Shown here one piece after another: positions 1 to 12,850 of a stretch of 64,000 nt of DNA. Position 1 is the first letter of the stretch, and every line of letters starts with the position of its first letter. Under the pieces are notes generated by a model. It saw only the letters and a program-made list of their open reading frames with translations, was not told where the DNA came from and made no database searches. Source of the stretch: Mobula hypostoma (Eukaryota). The DNA lies in assembly GCF_963921235.1 (NCBI RefSeq), contig NC_086097.1, forward strand, positions 132,496,001-132,560,000, given 5' to 3'. The position numbers and the translations under genes are program-made.

Positions 1-745
1 CAGAACAAGTGCTATATCTCCCTCTACACCTCCTCCCTCAATACCTTTCAGGGCACTAAACAGTCCTTCCAGGTGAGGCAACACTTCACCTATGAGTCTG
101 CTGGGGGTCGTTTACTGTGTTCGGTGCTCTCGATGTGGCCTCCTGTATATCGGTGAGACCCGACATAGATCGGGAGGTCGCTTTGCCAAGCATCTATGCT
201 CTGTCTGCCAGAATAAGTGTGAATCTCCCAGTGGCCACCCATTTTAATTCCACTTTCCATTCTCATTCCGATATGTTCATCCATGGCCTCCTCCACTATC
301 GTGATGAGCCACATTTAGGTTGGAGGAACAACACCTTATATTCTGTTTGGGTAGCCTCCAAACTGATAGCATGAACATGGGTTTGTCAAACATTTGGTAA
401 TGCCCTCCACCCCCCACTTCACCATTCCCCACCCCCTTTTCCATCTCTCACCTTATCTCATTGCCTGCCCATCACTTCCCTCTGGTGCTCTTCCCTCCCT
501 TTTTCTTTTTTCCATGGCCTTCTGTCTCTTTCACCAATCAACTTCCAAGTTTATTCATCCCTCCCCCTCCAGTTTTCCCCTATCAGCTTGTGTATCTCTT
601 TCCCCTCCCTCCACCTTTTAAATCTACTCCTCAGCTTTTTTTTTCTCCAGTCCTGCCAAAGGTTTTCGGCCCAGAACGTCGACTGTTCTTTTTTCCATAG
701 ATGCTGTCTGGCCTGCTGAGCTCCTCCAGCATTTTATGCATGTTG
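1..745 (+). mobile_element. Penelope-like element (PLE) 3' fragment: decayed GIY-YIG endonuclease plus terminal pLTR region
   Basis: Around 60-200 the sequence reads FQVRQHFTYESAG...VYCVRCSRCGLLYIGETR (frameshifted), a GIY-YIG signature. It is followed by a pyrimidine-rich tract, a degenerate hammerhead motif at 648-685 and the terminal GATGCTG(T/C)CTGGCCTGCTGAG..CCTCCAGCAT block shared with other copies. Confidence 0.85.
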
Positions 746-834
746 CCCACATATCCCCTTTAAACTTTCTTCTACTCACCTTAAAGCTATGCCCACTAAT
801 ATTCGTCAATTCTACCCTGGGGGAAAGATTCTGA

Positions 835-1875
835 CAGCCAGCATAACCAAAGACCCCTCCTACATTGCACATACTCTCTCTCTCTTTTCTTCCACCTCCA
901 ATTGGCAAGAAGAGTAGGAATCAGAATGCAGGTTTTCATCACTAACATACATTATGAAATTTGTTGTTTTGTGGCAGCTAGACATAAAAATGACCGAAGC
1001 TGCAAGAAAATAAATAAATAGTGCAAAACACAAATAACAAGGCAGTGTTCAACTGCTCACGGACTGTTCAGAAATTTGATGATGGAGGGGAAGAAGTTGT
1101 TCCTAAAATATTGAGTGTGGATCCTTAGGCTCCTGTACCTTCTCACTGAGGTAGTAATGAGATGAGGGCATGCCCAGGATGGTGAAGGTCCTCAACGATG
1201 GACACTGGCTTTTTGAAGCACCACCTTTTAAGATGTCCTCAGTGGTAGGTAGGCTTAACGTCGTGAAGGAGCTGACTGAGACTGTAATGTTCTGCAGCTT
1301 CTTTCAATCCTGCGCATTGGAGTTTCCATACCAGGTGGTGATGCAACTAGTCAGAATACTCTCCACTGTACATCTGTAAAAAATTAATAGTCTTCTGTAG
1401 CAAACCAAATCTCCTCAAACTTGTCATAAGTATAGCCACTGCCGTGTCTGCTTTGTGATTACATCAACATGTTGGGTGCTGTGAGATGCTGACATCCAGG
1501 AACTTGAAGTTGCTCACCCTTTCCACTGGCGACCCGTCTATGAGGACTAGTGTGTTCTCCGCTGATGTCAAAACATACAAAAGCATGAAACCATGAACCA
1601 CTATATCATAGACAGTTCCATAAAACTATTTATCGGGCTTCTTGTATGATAAGATTGACTTTTGACATCACAATCTACCTCATCATAGCCTTGCACTTTA
1701 TGGTCTGCCGGTATTGTACTTTCTCTGTAATTGTATCACTTTATTCTGCATTCTGTTAATACTTTTGCTTTGTACTGCCTCAATATAATGTTGCAATGGA
1801 AAGATCTGCATTGATGGCAGATCATTTTTCATTACTTCTCTGTACAGGTGACAATAATAAATGAATTTACAAACT
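835..1875. mobile_element. Nested Rex1/Babar-type LINE 3' fragments (minus-strand piece ~920-1560 inside a plus-strand 3' end)
   Basis: Similar to the C-terminal ORF and 3' UTR of the Rex1 copy at 62474-63746. The plus copy breaks at ~910 (GGCAAGAAGA), resumes at ~1575 (ATACAAAAGC) and ends in GTGACAATAATAAA. Confidence 0.65.
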
Positions 1876-1879
1876 TACC

Positions 1880-2120
1880 ACCAAATATCTCCCCCGATTG
1901 TGGCCTTACTCACTTCATGGTCTCCATCACTTCACCACTGGTGGCAACATCTTCAGCTACCTTGGACCCAAGCTCAAGAATTCCCTGAAACTTTCCTCCT
2001 CTCTATTTCTCTAAAGATTCTCGTTAAAACCTACCACCTCGACCAGCCTTCACAAAGCCATTGTTTCTATGGACACCTGGGATTTTTTTAGTGTTAAAGT
2101 TGCTATAGTAAATAAGTGAC
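1880..2120 (+). mobile_element. Old L2-type LINE 3' end remnant
   Basis: Degenerate ...GAATTCCCT...CTCGTTAAAACCTACCACCTCGACCAGCCTT...GTTAAAGTTGCTATAGTAAAT, recalled as resembling L2/Deu-SINE tails. Confidence 0.4.
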
Positions 2121-2814
2121 CTGTTTGTCTTGTTAGATTATCATTGATGTTTTATTTAGAAGTTCCCATATGAGTAGAGACAAAATTGTTCCATGGGTTA
2201 CGTACAGTCTCAACTTTCCCCTCCAATTCAAAAGTGCATAAAATTCATCTTTAATCTGCTAATTGTTGGTTCTGCAGTTACACAATGTCACACTTGTGTT
2301 GTTGAATATTCATAAGATTTTGTTTGAGTGCCGGATAATTATTCCCCGTCCATATGATGGGTCACAGTGAAGGCAGTAATTATATATTCCATACTCTGCT
2401 ATTCCCATCATCAAAAAGCTTTGATTAAAATCTCTTCCTAGGTTGGGCAAATTATACTTGCTGTGCATAGGGAACGATGAAGAGGTCGGTTGGTAACTTT
2501 TGCCTTGTAATTTATGTGCAGCAGACAAGCCTCACAGAGAAGCCTAGCATTTATTATTCATACCTACTTATCTCTGAACTGAGTGACTTGCAGGGCAGCT
2601 ACAACTTATAACAAAAACAGATAAGTTAAGGAATAGGAGCAGGAGAAGGTCATCTTGCTATTTGAGTCTTCTGCGCCATTCATCAAGATCGTGGCTAATC
2701 TACATGTCCACACCAATTCCCTGCACTGTGTCCTCATTCTCCAATTCCCTCAGCGTCTCTGTTGTGAATGCTCTCATGATCGAATCACCTTGGTGAACAG
2801 TTCCAAAGATGCTG

Positions 2815-2960
2815 CACAAGTTTCTCCCGATGCTGGAATATGGAGCAACACTCATAACGCTGGAGGAACTCAAGAAGTCAGGCAGCAGCTGTGGAGAGAA
2901 ATGGACTGTCAATGTTTCAGTTCAAGAGCATTCATCTGGACTGAAAGATTGAGGGGAGAT
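2815..2960 (-). mobile_element. PLE terminal (pLTR) fragment
   Basis: GATGCTGGA...GCAACA...GCTGGAGGAACTCA...TCAGGCAGCA block, with a degenerate hammerhead motif on the minus strand at 2906-2943. Confidence 0.7.
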
Positions 2961-3019
2961 AACAAAAAAGACACCAGCCTTTGTATGAAGAAATTTCTGC
3001 TCAACTTACTATAAATGGC

Positions 3020-3240
3020 GCCAGCTGGTGGCATAGCGGCATCAGTGCCGGACTTCAGAGTGAAGGCTTCAGAGTTCTAATCCAGCCGGCTCCCTTGCAC
3101 ACTTTCCATCCGTGCTGGGTTGAGCGTTGAACTAGCAACTCGGCCTTGTAAAAATAAGAAAACCTGCTAAAAAAAATGCCATTGTGACGGCATCCCGATG
3201 ACTCCACTTGGAGTTAAGGGCTCTCTTATTCTCTTCTTAT
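3020..3240 (+). mobile_element. tRNA-derived SINE with target-site duplication
   Basis: A-box-like TGGCATAGCGG and B-box-like AGTTCTAATCC. TSD TATAAATGGC at 3010-3019 and 3241-3250. Inserted in a minus-strand CR1 3' fragment. Confidence 0.75.
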
Positions 3241-5625
3241 TATAAATGGCTAAATCTTAATTCTGAAATTGTGCCCCTCCCCACTTACTCTGGTCTCTTC
3301 GTCCCTGCAAATACCTTGTCAAATCTCGTAGATTTTTACAAGCTCTAATGACGTCATCTCTCACTCCTCCAGACCTACTACCTTATTGCAGTGGTGTGTG
3401 ATCACATCAAGCACAGACTGGGTAAGGAAAATATATTCCTCATACTGTTTTTTATGATTATCTGATGGTTTCAGGATTACCATGGCCAAAGCTAATTTTT
3501 AATTTCAGATTGAGGAATAATGATGCACAGTAAGTAGGCATGGGCCAGGTCAATTATTGGGTGAGACATCAGCTGAAGTACATGCCTCTATCAGAGCATT
3601 ATCTAGAGAACTAAATAGTCTGGGAACAAGAATTTCAGCCATTTCAACAAGGACCTCACTTATGTTGAAGCAAGAGACTGTAGTCGCTGGAATACAGAGC
3701 AATAAAGTCTTCTGGAGGAACTCAGTGGATCAAGCAGCAACATTGGTGGGAGAGGACACAATGCAAGATTTCGTCCCATTCCCAGCACAGATGTTGATTG
3801 ACCTGCTGAGCTCTTCTAGTAGATTGCTTCTCTCTCATAATAAAGAGAAACTTAGACTGGCTTAATGTATATATACACAGTATTTAACCAAATCCTATAG
3901 CAGGATTAGAACACGAAGATAGTTCAGTCCTCTTGACTGCATACCCTGTAACTAAGTCACTTTTTGTTTCAAAGTAGTATTTGTTAATGGCATAATGTAC
4001 AATGGAGCAGGGTTGTGCCTCAGTTTGAGAGGTAGGGAAACCCTGAGAAGATTGTAATGACTGAAGCATTTGGCCAAGTCTATAATTCCTGAGTGCCACT
4101 CATTCAGGCACCATAGCTATCTGCAGACAGTGCAGACTAGACCATTTTTGCATTGATGCTGGGTCTGAAAAATATTGTTTTCTTTCTGCATTGACAGTTG
4201 GGAATGTCGGGCTGGCTGTTACAATGCTGGCTTTTGTGTTGCTTTGACAAGAGTGCTGACAAGAATTTCCAATTTGTTCTGAGGAGATGCCAACAGCTTC
4301 CAGGAATGAATGACTAGCAGTTGTCCAATCAGAAACATGCACTGTACACAGCAGTCCTCTGATAGGATCACGTTTCAGAGCAAACATGTACAAATGGCTC
4401 AGTAAGGTTCCAATGTAGACCTAAGTAGATGAACATGTCCTGTACATAAACATTGATCAGACGAACTTAAAGCCTTCCAATCACGTCACAATGCTTCTGG
4501 TTAACGTATTTCTCCAGGAGTAATGAAAATTGCAATAAATTGTTTCTAAAATTGTACTTTGCTCGTGAGGTGCAGCATTAAACACAATGCAGTCATACAG
4601 TGTGGTAGCACTTAACTCTCAAAAAGGAATTTGCCTAGAACAATATAATAATGCACCTTGAGCTCCATTATCACCAGGTCACCCCTCTTCACTGATTATG
4701 TCAATTCTGCTGCTTGCAACTATATCCTCAGAAAATATATGAAAGTATTGATTCACAAAGGGATTATGATTTATTTGTTCACAGAACGGTTAAACTACTT
4801 AAATGTTTTATCTTAAACTGATAGTGCAGAGTTTCAGACTATTTTAGAGTGTGGAATTAATACTACTGTATATTATAAATATAACACACATACAGATTCG
4901 CACACATACACACACACCACACCACAATACCAGACTGCATGGTCCCAGCATTCTTTTAATAGTGGGACAGATATTGTTTATCAATGAACACATTTATTGA
5001 ACAACTGTACAAGTCTAATAACTGGTTTTCAAAGTTCTCATCGATTTTACAGAGATTTGTCTGTTGTACCAGCTTTTAAACAATTTGGTTCAGGACATTA
5101 ACTCAAAATACTTCTGCTTTCTTGTCAGATTTGCTTGGATTTGTTCCCTATCTCCTAAAATCTGCACTGGATCTAAATGGGACTCAAAATCATGACCATC
5201 CACTTAGTTTATCGCAGAATCATCCATTCAGACCACAGGAATACCTTGGATGTTGATCACCAGTTTCAAATAAGCATCTATTGCTTCAAATGAAAAATGA
5301 AGAAGATGGCACCAGCGAACAGCACAACCAAAAGCAGCATCCTTCAGACAGTTCACAAAACTATTTCTTTAACTTCTTTTACTTCTTCTTCCTTCAAGCA
5401 TGATCCTGCTACTATTGGAAGCTGTGAGTTACATTTTGATGGTGTGATTGAGCGACCTGGTGCTTTACCGCCTCCGGGGGAGTTCAGTGAAGTTTTGAGT
5501 GGAGTATGTGGCCTGGAGACCATGATCAACTCTATTTCTTGCTGATTAAAGCATCGAGTTTGAAATCCGCAGGGATGAGAGTGGAAAGTGAACGGGTGGT
5601 CGGTGCCATCTGCTTGCACTTGACT

Positions 5626-5627
<2 letters not shown>

Positions 5628-5656
<29 letters not shown>

Positions 5657-5658
5657 AA

Positions 5659-5700
<42 letters not shown>
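5628..5700. repeat. (CT)n microsatellite, interrupted by AAATT
   Basis: Read directly from the sequence. Confidence 0.95.
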
Positions 5701-5701
<1 letters not shown>

Positions 5702-5750
5702 TCCCTCTTGCTCGCTGCTGCCAGAAGAAGGTGCCTGCATGTGACTAGTC

Positions 5751-6280
5751 TAGGGTTGCCAACTGTCCCGTATTTGCCGGGACATCCCGTATATTGGGCT
5801 ACATTGGTTTGTCCCATATGGGACCACCCTTGTCCCGTATTCCCCCTGCTAAGGTAGACCGTTCCTATGAAACCATTCGTAAGCCGAAATGGCGTGAAGC
5901 GAAGAAGCAATTACCATTAATTTATATGGGAAAAATTTTTGAGCATTCTCAGACCCAAAAAATAATCTACCAAATCATACCAAATAACACATAAAACCTA
6001 AAATAACACCGACATATAGTAAAAGCAGGAATGATGTGATAAATGCACAGACTATATAAAGTAGAAATAATGTATATACAGTGTAGTTTCACTTAACAGA
6101 GTCAAAAAGATTAAGCCAAAACTGATTTGTCGAAAAAAATCGGCACGTACACTGATGCACACACAGGTGCCTGCGCAAGGCTTCATGGTCATGGTAGTCT
6201 TTCTCGGGGTAAACACAAGTGTCCCATATTTGACTGTTACTTTTGTCCCTTATTTGGGAGTGAGAAAGTTGGCAACCCTA
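5751..6280. mobile_element. hAT-type MITE (530 bp)
   Basis: Perfect 13-bp TIR TAGGGTTGCCAAC / GTTGGCAACCCTA. Imperfect 8-bp TSD GACTAGTC (5743-5750) / GACTGGTT (6281-6288). Subterminal TGTCCC repeats. Confidence 0.85.
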
Positions 6281-7044
6281 GACTGGTTTCTCTCTCTCTC
6301 TTGCTCGGTGCTGTCAGAGTCTTGGGTCCTGGGCAAGGATTAATCAGCACGGTTCACGCATTAGACTCAGTAGTTATGTTATATGTGTTTCTGATTTCTG
6401 GCCACTCCTTCCTATGTTGCTATTTTGTGCAATTTTGATTGGAGTGGACTGAATCTGAGGTCTTCAGTGAACAAATGAAACAGTGCTAGATTGAACTGAA
6501 CAGAACTAAACTGACCATTCCTAGATTGTTTCAAAGACTTTGTGGTTTGATCTTTTACATTCTGTGCTTTTCACTCATTTTTTTGCCATTTGCAGGATTT
6601 GTTCCTTTTTTATCCATGTTGGATGTTTGATGCTTTCTTTGATTGGGTTCCATAGTGTTTCTTTGTTTCATGGCAGTCTGTGGGAGGATGAATACCAGGA
6701 GTCTATACTAAACATTTTGATAATAAAATGCACTTTGAATCATTGAACATACCTCAACTATCATCACTAATCACTTCAGATGAAAGTGGTTTCCTGGATT
6801 CCACACATTATTAAAAAAGTGCCCTTTGCCTTGTTAATGTGCCACACACTTCTAGCCCAATCTCATATGGGTACATTGCTTTTTTACACAAATGCATCAC
6901 ATTGTTTTACATTCTTGCAAAGTCACATTCTTCTTTAACATCCACAATATTATTTGCTTTAACAAGCATGGATGTTATACTACACACAAGCTGAATACAC
7001 CAAGCTTATCCACACGTACTGCGACTCCAGTGCACCCAGCTGGG

Positions 7045-8270
7045 GGAATCGGATTCAAAATCAGGTTTAATATTATTGGCTTATGTGGTAAAATTTGTTG
7101 TTTTGTGGCAACAGTAAATTACAATACATAATAATAAAAAGCTATATATTACAATAAAAAATATATACAGCATAAAGTATTAAGTCAGTGAGAATAGTGA
7201 AGTACTGTTCATGAGTTCATTGTCCATTTAGAAACTTGATAACAGAGTGGAAAAAGTTGTTCCTGAAATACTGAGTGAGTGTCTTCGGGTTCCGGTGCCT
7301 CTTCTCTAATGGTAGAAATAGGAAGAGGGCATTTCCTGGATAGTGAGGATCCTTAACAATATATACTGCCTTTGTGAATAATTGCCTTTTGAAGGAGCCC
7401 TTGATGCTGGGGATGTTATTGCGCATGATGGAGCTGGCTAAGTTTCCAACTTTCTGTAGCTTTTGTCAATCGTGTGTAGTAGCTCCTTCATACTAGACGG
7501 TGATGCAACCAGTTAGAATGATCTCCACTGTACACCTATAGACATTTATGAGAGTCTCTGGTGACATACCAAGTCTCCTCAAACTCCTCATGAAATATAG
7601 CTGGTGTCGTGCTTTCTTTGTAAATGCATCAGTATTCTGGACCTAGGATAGATCTTCAGAGATGTTGGTAACCAGGAACTTGAAAATGCTCACCCTTTCC
7701 ACTTCTGAGCCCTCGATGAGGACTGGTATGTGTTTCCTCGACTTCCCCTTCCTGAAGTCCACAATCGATTCCTTGGTCTTACTGATTCAAGGTTGTTGCA
7801 ACATCACTCAATCAACTGCTCTATCTCACTCCTCTATACCTCCTTGTTACCATCTGAAAATTCTGCCAACAATAGTTATGTCATCATCAAATTTATAGAT
7901 AGCATTTGAGCTGCGTCAGATCACACAGTTGTGGGTGTAGAGAGAGTAGAGCAATGGACTAAGCACCTTGAGGTGTGCCAGTGTTGATCAAGGAGGAGAT
8001 GTTATTTCTGATCTGCACTGACTGTGGTCTCCTGGTGAGGAAGTCAAGGATCCAGTTGTAGAGGGAGATACAGAGGCTCAGGATTTTGGAGCTTGTTGGT
8101 TAGAACTGAGGGTATGATTGCGTTGAACGTTGAGCTTCAATCTATAAACAGAAGCCTGTTGTAGGTATTGCTCTTGTCCAGCTGAGTAGAAGAGTCAGTG
8201 CAAATGCATCTGCTGTAGACCTATTGTGGTGATAGGCAAACTGCAGTGGATCCAGGTCCTTGTCCAGGAG
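7045..8270 (-). mobile_element. Rex1/Babar-type LINE 3' fragment (decayed RT C-terminus and 3' UTR)
   Basis: Minus strand shows remnants of ...IYKFDDDITIVG..., KVSIFKFL and ...HRNPKTLTQYFRNNFF, collinear with ORF 62598-63563. Confidence 0.75.
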
Positions 8271-8374
8271 CTATGCTGTTCAACTGTGGCACAGCTATAT
8301 TTGGTGCATGTGACAATCCACTGGCAGGTCCATAGTCACAGTGGATTGCTGTATTATCCACTTGCATCAAGTGT

Positions 8375-8640
8375 GGGTGCCACAGTATTGTAGCAGTTAG
8401 CACAACACTATTACAGCTTGGGGCATCAGACTTCGCACGCCATCTGTAAGAAATGTGTACGTCCTTCCCGTGATATGCGGGGGTTTCCTCCAAGTGCTCT
8501 GGTTTCCTCCCACAGTCCAAATATAAACTGATTAGTAGGTTAATTGGTCATTGTAAATTGTCCTGTAATTAGGCTAGGGTTGCCGGGCAGTGTGGTTCAA
8601 TCATCAGAAGTTCCACGCTGTATCTCGAAATAATAAAGAA
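8375..8640 (+). mobile_element. V-SINE (HE1-like)
   Basis: V-domain GGGTTTCCTCCAAGTGCTCTGGTTTCCTCCCACAGTCCAAA...TTGGTCATTGTAAATTGTCC. Confidence 0.8.
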
Positions 8641-8679
8641 ATACCATTAATATGCGCTGAAGTTTTATTGGAAAGACAT

Positions 8680-10110
8680 GTTGTCTCTGAAGAAGGTGCA
8701 GAAGAGATTGACCAGAATATTGCCTGGGATGGAGTGTTTCAGTTATGGGGAGAAATTAGAGAGGTTAAGTCTACTTTTCTTGGAGTGAAGGAGATAGAGG
8801 AGATATGTTTAAGTTATTTAAAACTATGAGGAGTATAGATAGGTAGACAGCAGGAAGATTTTCCCCATATCAGAGATGAATAAAACTAAAGGACCTGGAT
8901 TCAAGATGATGGAATAGATGGCTTTGTTGCGAAGTTTGCAGATGATATGAAGATTGGTGGAGGGGCAGGCAGTGTTGTAGAAACAGGTAGGATGCAGAAG
9001 GACTTTGACAGATGAGGAGAATGGGCAAGAGAGTGGCAAATGAAATTCAATGTTGGAAAACACATGGTCATTCACTTTGGTAGTAGAAATAAATGTGCGG
9101 ACTATTTTCTAAAAGGGGCTCCTAAAATCTGAGATGCAAAGGGACTTGGGAGTCCTTGCATAGAACACCCTAAAGGTTAACTTACAGGTCGAGTCGGTGG
9201 TGAGGAAGGAAAATGCCATGTTAGCATTCATTTCAAGATGTCTAGAAATGAGCAAGGATGTGATGCTGAGGCTTTATAAGGCACTGGTGAGGCCTCACCT
9301 TGAGTATTGTGAACAGTTTTGGGCCCCTCATCTTAGAAAAGATGTGTTGGCATTGGAGAGGGTCCAGAGGAGGTTCACAAGAATGATTCCAGGAATGAAA
9401 CGGTTATCATACGAGTAATGTTTGATAGCTCTGGGTCTGTACTCGCTGGAATTCAGAAGAATGAGGAGGGATATCATTGAAACCTTTTCAATGTTGAAAG
9501 CCCTAGACAGAGTAGATGTGGAAAGGATGTTTCCCATGGTGGGAGACTAGGACAAAAGGGCACAGCCTCAGGATAGAGGGGCGCCCTTTCAAAACAGAAT
9601 TGGGGAGAAGTTTTGTAAGCCAATGGGTGGTGAAATTGTGGAATTTGTTGCTATATGCATCTGTGGAGGCCAGGTCATTGGGTGTATTTGAGGTAGAGAT
9701 TGATAGGTTCTTGATTGGACATGATATCAAAGGTTACAGGGAGAAGGCAAGGAACCGGGGTTCAGGAGGAGAAAAAAATTGATCAGCCATAATTGAATGG
9801 CGGAGCAGACTTGAAGAGCCGGATGGTCTAATTCTGCTCCTATGTGTTATGGTCTTATAAGGGCTAAGGGATTTAGAGGGGGTCTGAGGGGGACCATTTT
9901 CATCCAGAGTGGTGAATTCCTGGAACATACTGTCTGAGATAGTAGTGAAAGTAGAGCCATTGCCAGCATTTAAGAGATATCTCGACAAGCTCATGAATTA
10001 TTTATACAATGAAGGCTGTTGACTAAGTGTTCAATGATGGGATTAATACAGATGGGTGACCACCAGTTCATATAGGTTGAGTGGCTTGATCCCAACTGTA
10101 TGACTCTTAT
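8680..10110 (+). mobile_element. Old CR1 3' fragment interrupted by a younger CR1 fragment (~8905-9858)
   Basis: The inner copy encodes KFADD, LYKALVRPHLEYC and ETRTKGHSLRI and has a TATGGTCTTAT tail. The outer copy breaks at GGACCTGGATTCAA and resumes at AAGGGCTAAGGGATTTAG. Confidence 0.8.
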
Positions 10111-10234
10111 GCCAAATATGATTACAAGTATGTGGTTGCAAAATATCAATTTTGATCCAAAAACCTCAATTAAAACTGTTCATGTGAGACTCATCAATGT
10201 CCTTCAATAATTCTAAAGGAAAACTACAATCCTC

Positions 10235-11040
10235 ATCTGTTCCCGGGATTTGTTGGAGCCACTCTCCCAGTCCAGGTGCCACAGATTCATATGCTCCTAT
10301 CACCAGCGGGCTTACTCTGGCTTTAACCTTCTACATCCTTTCTATCTGCTTTTTCAAGCCTTGGTATTTCTCCAGCTTCTCATATTCTTTCTTCCTGATG
10401 TTACTGTCATTCGGGATTGCCACACCTATTACTACTGCTTTCTTCTGTTCCTTGTCGAGTATTACCATGTCTGATTGGCTGCCCAGTACCAGCTTATCAG
10501 TCTGTACTTGGAAGTCCCCCAGGATCTTAGCTGTCATTCTCCACTATCTTCTCAGGAGTTTCCCTTATGGACTTGGGAGCATCCAATCCATACTCAACAC
10601 AGATGTTTCCGTACACAATTCCTGCAACTTGGTTGTGCCATTCTGTATATGCTATCCCTGCCTGCATCTTGCACCCTATTACTGTGTATGTGCTGGATGG
10701 TTTCGGTGAATTCCTTGCACAGTCTGCATCTTGGGTCATATCTGGTGTGATAGACACCTGCTTTTATTTCTCTTGTGGTCAGCGCCTGTTCTCGTGCAGC
10801 CATGAGCTGTGACTCTGTGCTGTCCCTCAGCCCTGCCATTTCCAGCCATTGGTAGGATTTTCTTATGTCAGCCACCTCTGATATCTGGCGATGGTACATC
10901 CCGTGCAGTGGCTTGTCCTGCCATGGCCTCAGGTCCTCTGGCTCTGCTTCAGCCGCTTCCATTTCCATATCCCCTGCCTGCTGTCTGAGGTAATCTCCTA
11001 GTAGGTCATCCTTAGGGCCATCTTTCTGACATTCTCATGA
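10235..11040 (-). mobile_element. R4/Dong-clade (RLE) non-LTR retrotransposon C-terminal fragment, frameshifted
   Basis: WQDKPLHG...CRLCKEFTETIQHI..GC zinc knuckle, HNQVA, KILGDFQVQTD, SDMVILDK..KKAVVIGVAIP and KEYEKLEKY (restriction-like endonuclease), spread over ORFs 10594-10968, 10527-10757 and 10331-10537. Confidence 0.85.
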
Positions 11041-12414
11041 ATATTTTATATATATGGAATGGCAGTAATATATATTCCTTAGGTAATATTTGTTTGCTCA
11101 CTGTACCTTTTAGCTATTTACATGTTGAACATTTAGGTTGTTGGTGAAGATTGAACAATCCAGATAATCTACCCAAAAAGGGACAAAACATCTCTCCCAC
11201 AGGAGATGCACACTATGTAGACACACACAGATACATCATGAACAGTGCCTATGCCTTAAATTGATCTACAGTTAATCTGATAGCCCTATCCAATATTGAT
11301 AACTACAGGTACCCTCACCATAGGGAGATTGCACTGCATCTACATACTTTTCAAGGACTAACTAATTTCCTTGTCTAGCCTCTGCTGTGAGGTTTAGTTG
11401 CAAGTACCCACTGCTCATTTGGTGGGTTTCCCCTCCCTACCAATGAAGAGATACATCCAGCCAATTAAGCACTTTTTAAACGGAATTACTTACTTTATTT
11501 TTATTGACACGTTTATATTTAGACAAGTAGTTCTTAACACACATTTAACGCTCACAGATGATTTCTAATTTATAAAATATTTCTGAATTAGAGAAGAATC
11601 ACAAACTATGATGTATTTCCAAACACAGGTACAATTCTCATGAACTAGCTCATACCAACAAATTATCCATAGCAGGCGAACAAGTTATTTGTTGCAGAAT
11701 CTGAAGTTTGAGAAATAAATTCCATTTCTTCTTTCTGTAACCCCATCTTTTGGCCGTTCTGCTTGTCATTCCGAACAATATCGGAACTGTGATGGTACTT
11801 ATGCTGTTTTCTACTAGATCACATAATCTGCATGTGATGTTTTCCAGGTACCTTTGCCGGGACAAAGTAACTCACACAGATGGTCTTAAAAGCTTCTGGT
11901 GACAGAGATCCTAAATATCCACAATTAATTCTGTGAGGGCTGTAACCGTGTTTGATGTGCCAAATGACATAACTCCATCGCCCTGCATTTGGCTAATGGA
12001 GACAAGTCTCCTGGCCACTTTACTTTGCTGCTTACAATTTACAACTGGGGACTGGCTCTTGTTTACAACAAAAGGTGAACAAATAATATTTGATAACAGT
12101 TTAACTTTATCACTAACATTTGTGACTCTTTGGAAAGGTCAAACAGCTGTGCTAGAAAGTTAAGTTTAGCAAGAGCCTCTCAGCCATGGGAAGTGAATAA
12201 CTATCACAAAACCAGATGGTCCATGAATTGTTATGTCCTAGAAGTAAGCTATTCAGCCCTTTGTATCTATGCTACCTCTCAGAGCAATCCCACTAGTCTC
12301 GGTCCCCCACTTGCTTCCTGTAACCTATAATTTTACGCATTCTCTGCATCATGTCCAGATTTGGGATATCACCCTGCTGCAATGGAGATATAATTAAAAC
12401 AGTTCATGAAAGAC

Positions 12415-12850
12415 GTGAGGATATGGGTTATAGGGAAAGCTTGAATAGGTTTGGAATTTATTCCCAGAAAAGTAGGAGGATGAGAGGAGATTTAATAGAG
12501 GTGTGCAAAATTATAGATATGGTAAGTTCAAGCAGGCTTTTTCCATTGAGGTGTGGTAAGACTTGAACTAGAAGTCATAGGTTAAGGGTGAAAGGTGATA
12601 TGTTTAAGGGGAACATGAGGGGGGACTTCTTCACTCAGAGGGTGGTGAGAGCGTGGAACACGATATCAGCGGAAGTGGTGGAGCGGGTTCAATTTCAACA
12701 ATTAAGAAAAACTTGGATTAATACATGGATGAAAGCAGTATGAAGGGCTATGGTCCAGGTGCAGGTTGATGACACAAGGTAGAATAATAGTTTGGTAATG
12801 ACTAAATAGACTGAAGAGCCTGTAACTGTACTGTAATGTTCTATGATTCT
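12415..12850 (+). mobile_element. CR1 3' fragment
   Basis: RRMRGDLIEVCKI motif, TTCTTCACTCAGAGGGTGGTGAG and a TTCTATGATTCTA tail. Confidence 0.8.

Larger units (their letters stand above)
5300..6745 (+). mobile_element. Putative non-autonomous LINE-derived element (AAGATGGC 5' end, GATAATAAAATGCACTTTGAA tail)
   Basis: Starts GAAGATGGCACCAGCG, has no ORF with recognisable homology, and shares its 3' tail with the element ending ~37035. Confidence 0.45.

Noticed and set aside
2441..2491. Possible small plus-strand exon (CTTCCTAG ... GTAACT)
   Set aside because: Weak donor, two of three frames closed, and no recognisable peptide.
5353..5910. 185-aa ORF with poly-ER
   Set aside because: It is a translation of the (CT)n microsatellite and MITE sequence.
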